The notes under the pieces: model-generated | What the model was told of the DNA's origin: nothing | What the model saw: the letters and a program-made list of their open reading frames with translations, nothing else | Databases searched by the model: none | Translations under genes and position numbers: made by a program | Assembly: GCA_964016885.1 (NCBI GenBank) | Contig: OZ024741.1 | Coordinates: 15,810,001 to 15,874,000 of the forward strand | DNA: 64,000 bases | Reading direction: 5' to 3' | Origin: Eledone cirrhosa | Lineage: Eukaryota | Shown here: piece after piece, positions 9,477 through 21,888 of the stretch | Position numbering within the stretch: position 1 is the stretch's first letter | How the letters are laid out: every line of letters starts with the position of its first letter

Positions 9477-9519
9477 TAGATTGATAGATAGATATATAGA
9501 TAGATAGATAGATAGATAG
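9477..9519. repeat. (GATA)n tract at the 5' junction of copy A, containing the right TSD
   Basis: tagattgatagatagatatatagatagatagatagatagatag. Confidence 0.95.
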
Positions 9520-9654
9520 GTTCCTCTCTATCTTATTAAGTTCCTCCCCATTTCTCTCTTTCTCTCTCTCATTCTCTCACACACACTGTTTTCATTCTTT
9601 CTCTTTCTTTTTGTCGCCGTGTCTCGGCATCAACATATCGATACATATCGATAC

Positions 9655-9984
<330 letters not shown>

Positions 9985-10298
9985 TGAAGCTGGAAATAGC
10001 ACGGAAAATATATTTAAGCGTCTGTTTTTCTTTTTTTATCCTTTCTTTGATTCGTCAAAATGACATTATTGAAAAAATGAGAGGGACAATTCCTTTAAAA
10101 AAAGTGTTATAAAGTATATAAAGTATATAAAGTATTACCGGTTTCGATGTATTATTAAAATTCATCTTATCAAATGTCGAGTATTAAAATAAAAAATTTA
10201 AAAGAATTAATAGGAGTTAAAAAGTAAAAATTAAAGATTAAAATCAAATGTTGGAGTAAGATTTTTTCCCATCTTTCTTTTTCAAAATTTGGCTGGAG

Positions 10299-10329
<31 letters not shown>

Positions 10330-10419
10330 TAACGCACCAGAGTACTCAATACTTAGGGTAGTAGAGTGGGTAATAGCCGTCGAAACGGATTGAGCTCTGC
10401 CGTCGGGATTAAACATTTT

Positions 10420-10510
<91 letters not shown>

Positions 10511-10652
10511 GTATATACATATATATAGATAGATATGTGTGTGTGCATATATATATATATTAAGGAATCACGACCCGACGGCTGAGCCTTGCCATCGGCT
10601 CCCGGTTCTTTAAGATTACCATATTCTACTACCCCAAGTATCGAATACTCTG
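10330..10652. mobile_element. Palindromic non-autonomous element (inverted arms around a (TA)n tract); same family at 56745-56872
   Basis: 10330-10368 is the exact 39-bp reverse complement of 56815-56853 and an imperfect inverted match to 10624-10652. gagctctgccgtcggg and cccgacggctgagcc also pair. Confidence 0.55.
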
Positions 10653-10694
10653 TTGATTGATGGTCTCACTAGTTTCAAACTGAATCCATCCTGA

Positions 10695-10859
<165 letters not shown>

Positions 10860-10975
10860 TTAAATCTATCGCTATATACATATATAATATGTATATATAT
10901 GCATACATATGATATAAGTATAGTGTCCAGGAATATGGAGCTATGTGAATGTCCTTCCAAGGGCTCTGAAACATT

Positions 10976-11165
10976 CATTGTTTCTACTTTTGGCACAAGG
11001 CCAACAATTATCCCAGTGCATTACTTTTTTTATTTATCGACCCCGTAAGGATGAAAGGCAAAGTTAACCTCGGCGGGATTTGAACTCAGAATGGCAAGGG
11101 CCGTAACTCTATGCGTCAAAGCATGGCGTCCGACCCTCTACCGATACTGCCAATTCACCGCCCCT
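10976..11165 (-). mobile_element. tRNA-derived SINE (family 1, Meta/MESC-like central domain) with a 15-bp TSD
   Basis: Minus strand has A box TGGCAGTATCGG, B box GTTCAAATC and core GCCTTTCATCCTTACGGGGTCGATAAA. TSD gggctctgaaacatt at 10961-10975 and 11166-11180. Confidence 0.85.
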
Positions 11166-11989
11166 GGGCTCTGAAACATTAATGTCAGACAATTAATGTT
11201 GTTGTTGAGGGCTCAGTTTAACATTACCTAGATTTTGGATACCTTTAACGGATTCCACTCTTTTACAAAAATATTGAGGCAGGACACCGTCCTCTATCTC
11301 TAGCAACAGTCTCCGGGGCCCTGAATTGATATATAGCAATTTCTATTTTCTTTTTGGCTAAACATTAAAAAATAATTTACAATTCAACTGAAGCAAGAAA
11401 GACACGGGAAGAGTTAGAATTCAAATGAAGGAGATCCTGGGGCAGAAGGAGGTGAAGTTCTGATAAATACGAGGTCTGGTTTAAAAGAACAGAGAGAAAC
11501 ATATCCGAATATCTTAGTTAATTTGTCGCAAAGTCTGTCAACTCTGAAGGACTGAGGATATTTTGGTAGTTACAGAAAATGCAGAGAGAGGCTGGAGTGT
11601 TTTAATGGAGGACTTGGTGCCAACCACACAGGTGTAAGGTAGAAGCAAACAGTTTGTATATCAAACAGATCGACTGTACCTGATATTCAAGAGAAATAAA
11701 TTAAGGATACACGTGTGTGTCGAATGCCCGGCCACTTGCTCGTGGATTCCACGAACAGGCACTTCCATTGATGTATATTGTAACACTCATCGTGAAACCG
11801 ATGTAGGACCATTCTATTTCTCACTATTGCAATCATTTGAGGCAGGTTTCTAGTGAGTAATTTCCATGATCACCCTCAAACTCGGGGTTCCGGAAAATAA
11901 TAGTGTACACAGACCTTCATCTTCTGGCTGACCTGCACACAAATACACTGACACACACATATACACAAGAGGGGGGGGGGGGGGCTCTC

Positions 11990-12070
<81 letters not shown>

Positions 12071-12232
12071 GTGTGGGGGGTTTCTCTCTAGATATATATA
12101 TGCGTGTGAGTTTGTATATATATACAGAGAGAAAGACAGACAGAGAAAGAGGAGAGAGCTATATAAATACATAAATACATATGAACGTACATACATACAT
12201 ACATGCATATATACATACATATATATATATAT

Positions 12233-12267
<35 letters not shown>

Positions 12268-12867
12268 CATATATATATGTGTGTGTGTGTGTATATACAT
12301 ACATATATACGTATATATATATATATATATATATATTCACGTACGCATACATAATAGCTAACACAGGTGCCTGTCAGAACCTGTTATGGAACGATAACTG
12401 CTAGAACACCAAGAGAAAGAGGGGAGAGAGAGTGGGAGGAAGAGTGTGTGCGAGAGAGAGAGAGATATAGGGGGGGATAAGATAATAGGACACGCGTGGG
12501 TTGAGATATAGTTGATGTTAGCCGTTGTCAGACGTGCAAAGTACTTGAACTAAATGTGCCAGTGATAGGAACGCTTCAGCTAACCTGCAACTTCTGGCAA
12601 AGATCTATTTTGCAGAACTACACTTCGTTCAAAATTGAAGCTCAATCAACTTCTATATGTCTTTCTGTCTGTCTGACTGTCTGTTTTTCTCTCAGTCTGT
12701 CTGTCTGCCTCACTTTTTCACTGTCTGTCTGACACACCGCCTGTCTGTCTGTCTGTCTGTCTTCTGTCTTACAATTTAATGTAAAAGACCACAATATAAT
12801 GTAATGTTTTAAGCCTTCTTCTTCTTCTCCTTCTTCTTCTTAATCATAAATAAATTACCTGTATAAT

Positions 12868-13052
12868 TGTTTCTACTTTAGGCACAAGGCCAGCAATTAT
12901 TCCAGTGCATTACTGGTACTTTATTTTATCGACCCCGTAAGGATGAAAGGCAAAGTTAACCTCGGCGGGATTTGAACTCAGATCATAAAGGGAGGTAACT
13001 CTATGCTGCAACGCATGGCGCCCGACCCTCTACCGATACTGCCAATCCACCG
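12868..13052 (-). mobile_element. tRNA-derived SINE, family 1
   Basis: Same A/B boxes and core. Flanking direct repeat ctgtataat at 12859-12867 and 13053-13061. Confidence 0.85.
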
Positions 13053-13182
13053 CTGTATAATACTAGGTGGAGATAATCAAGTAAGATCAAGAGCAATTAT
13101 TATTAAAACATCCACCTTAATATTGTAGCATATTTTTTTATAATGTCTCCTCCTCTCCCCTATCTGATGACGTGGGGGGGGT

Positions 13183-13475
13183 CTTCTTCTTCTTCTTCTT
13201 CTTCTTCTTCTTCTTCTTCTTCTTCTTCTTCTTCGCCCACTTATTCCTGAGAGGGTTGTGGGGAGCAGAGTACTCAAACATTCCTTCCAGCGGGTCCTGT
13301 TAGAAGCCACAGTCCCCAACTGATCAGTCTGGATCCCCAAGCGAGACCAGCCAAGCCCCTGGTTGTTGTCCAACCATCTTGTTCAGAGTCTACCTCTGGG
13401 TCTCCTGCCGGTTGGTTTTGCCCTTAAAATCCGGCGATTCTTTCCAGGGACATTCTAACCACATCTTTTAAGCCG
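13183..13475 (-). mobile_element. RTE-clade LINE 3' fragment with (GAA)n tail
   Basis: Minus-strand translation VVRMSLERIA...KPTGRRPRGR..TRWLD..LGWSRLGI...VASNRTRW resembles RTE/Expander ORF C-termini. It is followed by a (AGA)n tail at 13183-13234. Confidence 0.7.
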
Positions 13476-13659
13476 GTAAACAAAACACGTATGGATAGAA
13501 ATTCGTCCACGTGCCCATGTGACTTATAATTAACAAGCGCACGCACACGCACGAACACACACACACACACACACACACATGTGTACACATGTACACACAC
13601 AGGTTCATACACACTCACACAAATAATCATTTTCGTCGTCCGCATCATCAAAAGCGCTG

Positions 13660-15330
13660 CCAACATTCCATCACCATTATCATCACCATCATCATCATCA
13701 CCATCATCATCATCACAATCATCACCATCATCATCACCATCATAATCATCGTCACCATCATCATCACCATCATCATTGTCGTCGGCGTCGTCCTCATCTT
13801 AAACATTACCACAATTTGCACCTCCACCACAACCACCCCACCCCCACCACCACATCCCCCACCACCACCACCTCCACCACAACCACACCCACCCCCACCA
13901 CCACAACCACCACCACCACCTCCACCACCACCTCCACAACAACCACCACCACCACAACCACCACCACCACCACCTCCACCTGTACCACCACCTCCACCAC
14001 AACCACCACCACCACCACCTCCACCTGTACCACCACCTCCACCACAACCACCACCACCTCAACCACCACAACCACCACCACCTCCACCACCACCACCTCC
14101 ACCACAACCACCCCCACCACCACAACCACCACCACCACCTCCACCACAACCACCACCACCACCTCAACCACCACCTCCACCACAACCACCACAACCACCA
14201 CCACCACCACCTCCACCACCACCACAACCACCCCCACCACCACAACCACCACCACCACCTCCACCACAACCACCACCACCATCTCAACCACCACCTCCAC
14301 CACAACCACCACAACCACCACCACCTCCACCACCACCACAACCACCCCCACCACCACAACCACCACCACCACCTCCACCACAACCACCACCACCACCTCA
14401 ACCACCACCTCCACCACAACCACCACAACCACCACCACCTCCACCTCCACCACCACCACAACCACCCCCACCACCACAACCACCACAACCACCACCACCA
14501 CCTCCACCACCTCCACCTCCACCACCACCTCCACCACAACCACCTCCACCACCACCACCACCACAACCACCCCCACCACCACAACCACCACAACCACCAC
14601 CACCACCTCCACCACCTCCACCTCCACCACCACCTCCACCACAACCACCCCACCATCACCTCCACCACCACCACCTCCACCACAATCACCCCCACCACCA
14701 CACCCACCACCACCACCTCCACCACAACCACCACCACCACCTCCACCACCACCTCCACCACAACCACCCCCACCACAACCACCACTACCTCCACTACCTC
14801 CACTACAACCACCCCCACCACAACCACCACAACCACCACCACCTCCACCACCACCACCTCCACCATAACCACCTCCACCACCACCACCACCACAACCACC
14901 TCCACCTCCACCACCACCACCTCCACCACCACCTCCACCACAACCACCTCCACCACACCACCACCACCACCACCTCCACTACAACCACCACCACCACCTC
15001 CACCCCCGCCTCCACCACCCCCACCCCCACCTCCACCACCCCCACCCCCACCACAACCACCTCCGCTACAACCACCACCACCACCACCACCACCACAACC
15101 ACCTCCACCTCCACCACCCCCACCACAACCACCAGAACCATCACCACCACCTCCACCACCTCCACCACAACCACCCCCACCACAACCAACTCCACCACCA
15201 CCACCACAACCACCAGAACCATCACCACCACCCCCACCCCCTACAACCAACTCCACCACCACCACCTCCTCCACCGCCACAACCACCTCCACCACCTCCA
15301 CCTCCACCACAACCACGATCATCACCATCA
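13660..15330. repeat. CAT/CCA-rich trinucleotide-derived minisatellite
   Basis: Degenerate (CCA)n with higher-order units. The poly-Pro/Thr/His ORFs are artefacts. Confidence 0.95.
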
Positions 15331-16215
15331 AACTAAATTACTCAGGGTTAGAGTTGGAGAAACTCATCCTTGAAAGGTTGAGTGGTGTGGACAAACGTGT
15401 ACATTACGCCCCTCCTCAATTACCACCTGGCCGCCATGCTTACTCGGGCCCACCTTTGACTGTAATGAAGATATTTATAGATGGGATGCATTCTGCTGGT
15501 GAGGAGGTCTATTTGTTGTCAACGCCTGCTGTGTGGAGCACTGGACAAGCGGTGGCTTTTGTTGCACAGACATACGCTGAGGCTACGTCTCCTGAACTCT
15601 GGGAGTCGCTGTTTAATAGATGCATGATTTCCCCAGCAGGCGTCATTAACTGAGCTGCAGCCCTGGCTCAGCCCTGAGGGGGAGCTCCTGGTAACTGGAG
15701 TGTCTCCGAATGTTCCCAGCTCTCTATCAATCGGGCAGAACGATGGGTGAAAACTCCAGCTTCAGGTTTATAGAGGGTTAATGGCGAATAAAAGTGACGA
15801 CGTTCTTAGGGAAACACTTAGCATCGACGAAAATCAACTAGCCACACTTTTCCACGGGACATTTTGTCCAGGGCCCATGGAGAACTTCCATAAATCTCTG
15901 GCCTGGCAGTTATAACGAGTGTGGAGGTATTGGCGGTTCGAAATAATTTCAACAGGTATTAAAGTGCCGTCAGCCGGGACTTTCCTGCATCTACTTGTTT
16001 AGTGTCCGAGCATTGCCAACAACTTGTTGGTTCATGTCGAACAGTTGCTGTCACGAGTGTGTTATATGGTAGGCGTGACTATATGTGCTGTGGTATTTTC
16101 CTTTTTATCTTTGAAAACGAAACTCATGGTGCAGAGGGAAGTGCTACCTTCCAGTCATTTTGTTGAAAGGTGGAAGAGAGTGGCAGCATGGTCCGAGTGG
16201 ACGGGCTTGCCCTAA
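15330..16215 (+). pseudogene. Old, degraded Tx1 ORF2 C-terminal relic related to copies A-D, in the opposite orientation
   Basis: Recognisable pieces FCPGPMENFHKSLAWQL*R (compare FSPGPMDNFQKSLAWQCYR), VEQLLSRV and REVLPSSHFVERWKRVA, with many stops and indels. Confidence 0.85.
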
Positions 16216-16549
16216 GTATACGCCTAAAGAACATGATAACTGGCAGAAAACACTTTCATAGGTGGTCAGAATAACAGTAGCTTTTTATGGCGTTTGTCCT
16301 CGAATTTTCCCCGGAGATCACCCCTTCCCTGTTGAGGAATTTCCTTTGTTATACATTTACTGTTACCTTTCTTTTTTTCTTTATCTCCTCTGTTTGCATT
16401 CAAAGGACACACACTAACACACACCTACACACAAACCAACACACACACACGAGTGCACATACAAACACACCCGCATGAACGCACACCTCCTCCAATGTTA
16501 TGTCCCGTATATAATGTGATTCCTTTGTGACCTCTTCTGATGTCAGAAT

Positions 16550-16742
16550 TAAGTAAAGTGTCGGATAAAATGAGACTGCGGTGTTAATGCTAGGTCTTTA
16601 CATTCTGAGTTCAAATCCTGCCGAGGTTACCTTTGCTTTTCATCGTAAGGGGTCAATAAAATAAAGTACCAGTAATTCACTGGTAACGACTTAACTCTGC
16701 CCTTTAAATTGGTGGCTTTGTACCAAAAGTAGAAACAATTAT
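16550..16742 (+). mobile_element. Diverged tRNA-derived SINE, family 1
   Basis: ctgagttcaaatcctgccgaggtt...catcgtaaggggtcaataaaataaagtaccag...agtagaaacaatt. Confidence 0.75.
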
Positions 16743-16939
16743 TACACAGGATAAATTAAAGCAAGAGTCAAAACCTAGACGTATGTACGCGTCAGCGAAT
16801 ATATGTGTGTATATGTATGTTTGTATGTTTATATATATGTATGTATGAATATAAATGTGTGTATGTACGTATGTATGAATGGACGTACGTATGTACGTAT
16901 GTATGTATGTATGTATGTATATATGTGTGTGTGTGTATA

Positions 16940-16997
<58 letters not shown>

Positions 16998-17084
16998 TGT
17001 GTGTGTGTGTGTGTAAGTATGTATGTGTATACAATCATGATCCACAAATGCCATTTTTCCCTTCCGATTGTTCAGCCATATTGC

Positions 17085-17135
17085 TATAAATGCTGGGATT
17101 GTGACGTCATTTAGTCAGCTCTCTATATAAAGACA
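17085..17135 (+). promoter_or_regulatory. Candidate promoter/enhancer motif cluster: TATAAA, CRE (TGACGTCA), AP-1-like TTAGTCA, TATATAAA
   Basis: TATAAAT 17085, TGACGTCA 17102-17109, TTAGTCA 17111-17117, TATATAAA 17124-17131, all in a short unique island between microsatellites. Confidence 0.3.
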
Positions 17136-17242
17136 CCTTAGTCTCTTCACTATAAGTAAAGCCATTATAGTTTAACACCTGCACACAGCACATTGTAATT
17201 CACGGAAATATATATGCACGTCGTATATGTATATATAAATAA

Positions 17243-17367
<125 letters not shown>

Positions 17368-17457
17368 TATACATATATATACATATATATACATATATAT
17401 GCAGAGTAAGTCAGATAGCCACGATCTTACATTCACATACATGCAGACACACATACG

Positions 17458-17511
<54 letters not shown>

Positions 17512-17549
17512 TACATACACACACACACACACACACACACACCTACACA

Positions 17550-17660
<111 letters not shown>

Positions 17661-17874
17661 TACGGACATACACGCACAAACACACATATATATATATACA
17701 TATATGTATGTATGTATGTGTGTGTGAGTGTATGTATATTATAATTGTCCTTCCTGCTCAGATATGGCCACCACACCTGCCCCCTCACCTCTACTCCTAC
17801 CTGAAACACAAATAAACAGGTGTTTACCGGGCTTTCAATTCATTTGCTACCGTACAACGTAACGTAGAAACACA

Positions 17875-20740
17875 AGAGAGAGAGAGAAAGTCTGTGTGGG
17901 GGGGTGGATAGAGAGTGTGTGAGAGAGAGAGTGTGTGTGTGAGAGAGAGAGAGTGTGTGTGAGAGAGAGTGTGTATGTGTGAGAGAGAGTGTATGTGTGT
18001 GTGTGAGAGAGATAGTGTGTGTAAGAGAGTGTGTGTGAGAGAGAAACTGTGTGTGTGAGAGAGAGTGTGTGTGTGAGAGAGAGAGAGATAGTGTGTGTAA
18101 GAGAGAGTGTGTGTGTGAGTGAGAGACTGTGTGTGTCAGAGAGGGTGTGTGTGTGAGAGAGAGTGTGTGTGAGAGAGAGAGTGTGTGAGAGAGAGAGTGT
18201 GTGTGAGAGAGAGAGAGAGTGTGTGTGAGAGAGAGTGTGTATGTGTGAGAGAGAGTGTGTGTGTGTGTGAAAGAGAGTGTGTGTGAGAGAGAGTCTGTGT
18301 GTGAGAGAGAGTGTGTGTGTGTGTGTGAGAGAGAGAGAGTGTGTGTGTGTGTGAGAGAGAGAGAGAGTGTGTGCGTGAGAAAGAGAGTGTGTGTGTAAGA
18401 GAGAGATTGTGTGTGGGAGGGAGAGAGAGTGTGTTGTGTGAGAGAGATTGTGTGAGAGAGAGAGTGTGTGTGAGAGAGGGAGTGTGTGTGATAGAGAGAG
18501 TGTGTGTGAGAGAGAGAGAGTGTGTGTGAGAGAGAGAGTGTGTGTGTGAGGGAGCGTGTGTGTGTGAGAGAGAGAGTGTGTGTGAGAGAGAGTATGTGTG
18601 TGTGAGAGAGAGAGTGTTTGTGAGAGAGAGAGAGAGAGAGAGTGTGTGAGAGAGAGAGTCTATGTGTGTCTGTGAGAGAGAGAGAGTGTGTGTGTGAGAG
18701 AGAGAGTGTGTGTGTGTGAGAAAGAGTGTGTGTGTGTGAGAGAGTGAGTGTGTGTACTAGGGATAGTGTGTGTGTGTGAGAGAGAGAGTGTGTGTGAGAG
18801 AGAGAATGAGAGTGTGTGTGAGAGAGAGAGTGTGTGTGAGAGAGAGTATGTGTGTGTGAGAGAGAGAGAGTGCGTGTGAGAGAGAGAGAGAGAGAGAGAG
18901 TGTGTGTGTGAGAGAGTGAGTGTGTGTGTGAGAAAGAGTGTGTGTGTGAGAGAGTGAGTGTGTGTGCGAGGGAGAGTGTGTGTGTGTTAGAGGGAGAGAG
19001 TGTATATGAGAGTGAGAATGAGAGTGTGTGTGAGAAGAGAGACAGTGTGTGTGAGAGAGAGTGTGTGTGTGAGAGAGAGTGTTTGTGAGAGAGAGAGTGT
19101 GTGTGTGAGAGAGAGTATGTGTGAGAGAGAGTGTGTGTGTGGGAGAGAGAGAGTGTGTGAGAGAGAGAGTGTGTGTGTGTGATAGAGAGAGTGTGTGAGA
19201 GAGAGTGTGTGTGTGAGAAAGTGTGTGTGTGGGAGAGAGAGAGTGTGTGAGAGAGAGTGTGTGTGTGAGAGAGAGAGAGTGTGTGTGTGTGATAGAGAGA
19301 GTGTGTGAGAGAGAGTGTGTGTGTGAGAGAGAGAGAGTGTGTGTGTGTGTGATAGAGAGGGTGTGTGAGAGAGAGTGTGTGTGTGAGAGAGAGTGTGTGT
19401 GGGAGATAGGGAGAGTGTGTGTGAGAGAGAGAGTGTGTGTGGGAGATAGGGAGAGTGTGTGTGAGAGAGAGAGTGTGTGTGTGTGAGAGAGAGAGAGTGT
19501 GTGAGAGAGAGAGAGTGTGTGTAAGAGAGAGAGAGTGTGTGTGTGAGAGAGAGTGTGTGTGTGTGAGAGAGAGAGAGTGAGTGCGTGTGTGAGAGAGAGT
19601 GTGTGTGTGTGAGAGAGAGAGTGTGTGTGTGAGAGAGTGTGTGTGTGTGTGAGAGAATGAGTGTGTGTGACAGAGAGTGTGTGTGAGAGAGAGTGTGTGT
19701 GTGAGAGAGAGTGTGTGTATGTTTGAGAGAGAGCGTGTGTATGTGTGAGAGAGAGTGTGTGTGAGAGAGAGAGAGTGTGTCTGGGAGAGAGAGAGTGTGT
19801 GTGTGAGAGAGAGTGTGTGTGTGAGAGAGAGTGAGTGTGTGAGAGAGAGTGTGTGTGAGTGAGAGTGTGTCCGAGAGAGAGAGTGTGTAGACAGTGAGTG
19901 TGTGGGAGAGATAGAGTGTGTGTGTGAGAGAGAGAGTGTGTGAGAGAGAGTGTGTGTGTGAGAGAGAGAGTGTGTGTGTGAGGGAGAGTGTGTGTGTGTG
20001 AGAGAGTGAGTGTGTGTGCGAGGGAGAGTGTGTGTGTGTGAGAGGGAGAGAGTGTGTGTGAGAGTGAGAATGAGAGTTTTTTTGTGAGAGAGAGTGTGTG
20101 TGAGAAAGAGAGTGTTTGTGTGAGAGAGTGCGTGTGTGAGAGAGAGTGTGTGTGTGAGAGAGTGCGTGTGTGAGAGAGAGAGTGTGTGAGAGAGAGTGTG
20201 TGTGAGAGCGAGTGTGTGTGTGAGAGAGAGTGTGTGTGAGAGAGGGCGTGTGTGAGAGAGGGAGTGTGTGTGAGAGAGAGTGTGTGTGTGAGAGAGAGTG
20301 TGTGTGTGAGAGAGAGTGTGTGTGTGTGAGAGAGTGAGTGTGTGTGAGAGAGAGTGTGTGTGAGAGAGAGTGTGTGTGTGAGAGAGAGTGTGTGTGTGTG
20401 AGAGAGTGAGTGTGTGGGAGAGAGAGAGAGTGTGTGTGTGAGAGAGAGAGTGTGTGAGAGAGAGAGTGTGTGTGTGAGAGTGTGTGTGTGAGAGAGAGAG
20501 TGTTTGTGAGAGAACGTGTGTGAGAGAGAGAGTGTGTGTGAGAGAGAGAGTGTGTGTGAGAGAGAGTGTGTGAGAGAGAGAGTGTGTGTGTGAGAGAGAA
20601 TGTGAGAGAGAGAGTGTGTGTGAGAGAGAGAATGTGTGTGATGGAGAGTGTGAGAGAGAGAGTGTGTCTGAGAGAGAGTGTGTGTGTGTGAGAGAGAGAG
20701 TGTGTGTGTGAGAGTGTGTGTATGTGAGAGAGCGAGAGAA
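17875..20740. repeat. ~2.9 kb compound (GA)n(GT)n microsatellite
   Basis: Alternating GA and GT blocks. The 968-aa and 717-aa ORFs are artefacts. Confidence 0.97.
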
Positions 20741-21069
20741 AGACACATGATTACCATAACAATACTTTTACCAACAATACTGACAACATCAACAACATCA
20801 ACCACAACAACCACATCAACAACAACGACCATCACGAGGAAGACGACAACAACAATAACGATGACAACTACGATGACAATGAGGACAGCTGTAGTGATGT
20901 GAGGTGTCAATAAGCCAGGTGTGTTATATTTATTAGTACACCTGTCTGACGGAAGAGACGTGGGGTCATCAATGCCTAAATTCTCCTCTGTTCCAGATTC
21001 AGGAAAAATACTGGGTTAAATGCGCCTAAAAATATTGGACGGAGGTTGGTAAAAATATTAACAAATTAA

Positions 21070-21262
21070 TAATTGTTTCTACTTTTGGCACAAGGCCACA
21101 AATACCCCCAGTGTATTACTGGTACTTTATTTTATCGACCCCGTAAGGATGAAAGGCTAAGTTAACCTTGGCAGGATTTGAACTCAGAATGGCAAGGGTT
21201 GTAACTCTATGCGTCAAGGTATGGCGTCCGACCCTCTACCGATACTGCCAATCCACTGCCTT
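21070..21262 (-). mobile_element. tRNA-derived SINE, family 1
   Basis: Same head, core and tail as 10976-11165. Confidence 0.85.
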
Positions 21263-21277
21263 GCCAATCCATCCTGA

Positions 21278-21888
21278 TTTAGGCACAAGGCCAACAATTT
21301 GGGGAGAGGTGGAAGTCGATTAAATCGACCCCAGTGTGTTACTGGTACTTTATTTTATCGACCTCGTAAGGATGAAAGTCAAAGTTAACCTCGGCGGGAT
21401 TTGAACTCAAACCGAAAAGACATAACTCTATGCTGCCAAGCATGGCGCCCGACCCTCTACCGATACCGCCAATCCACCGCCCTAACATGGCGCCCGACCC
21501 TCTACCGATACCGCCAATCCACCGCCCTAACGTGGCGCCCGACCCTCTACCGATACCGCCAATCCACCGCCCTAACGTGGCGCCCGACCCTCTACCGATA
21601 CCGCCAATCCACCGCCCTAACGTGGCGCCCGACCCTCTACCGATACCGCCAATCCACCGCCCTAACGTGGCGCCCGACCCTCTACCGATACCGCCAATCC
21701 ACCGCCCTAACGTGGCGCCCGACCCTCTACCGATACCGCCAATCCACCGCCCTAACGTGGCGCCCGACCCTCTACCGATACCGCCAATCCACCGCCCTAA
21801 CGTGGCGCCCGACCCTCTACCGATACCGCCAATCCACCGCCCTAACATGGCGCCCGACCCTCTACCGATACCGCACATCCACCGCCCT
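21278..21888 (-). mobile_element. Family 1 SINE whose 5' head is expanded into a 45-bp x ~10 tandem array (21441-21888)
   Basis: Unit tggcgcccgaccctctaccgataccgccaatccaccgccctaacg = the first ~42 nt of the SINE (contains the A box) plus taa. Confidence 0.85.

Noticed and set aside
1-9519. Telomeric retrotransposon array (HeT-A/TART or SART/TRAS-like)
   Set aside because: There are no TTAGGG-type repeats and no evidence of a chromosome end. The spacer is an ordinary GATA microsatellite.
11400-11935. Possible terminal host exon on the minus strand (acceptor tgtgcag at about 11933)
   Set aside because: Only short, unrecognisable peptides and no partner exons; it cannot be supported without RNA data.
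13589-15373. Long Pro/His/Thr/Val/Gly-rich ORFs here and at 17840-20910, 27075-28184, 32338-33517, 49329-50327 and 51937-56037
   Set aside because: They are translations of simple repeats that lack stops in several frames, with no domain content or splice context.
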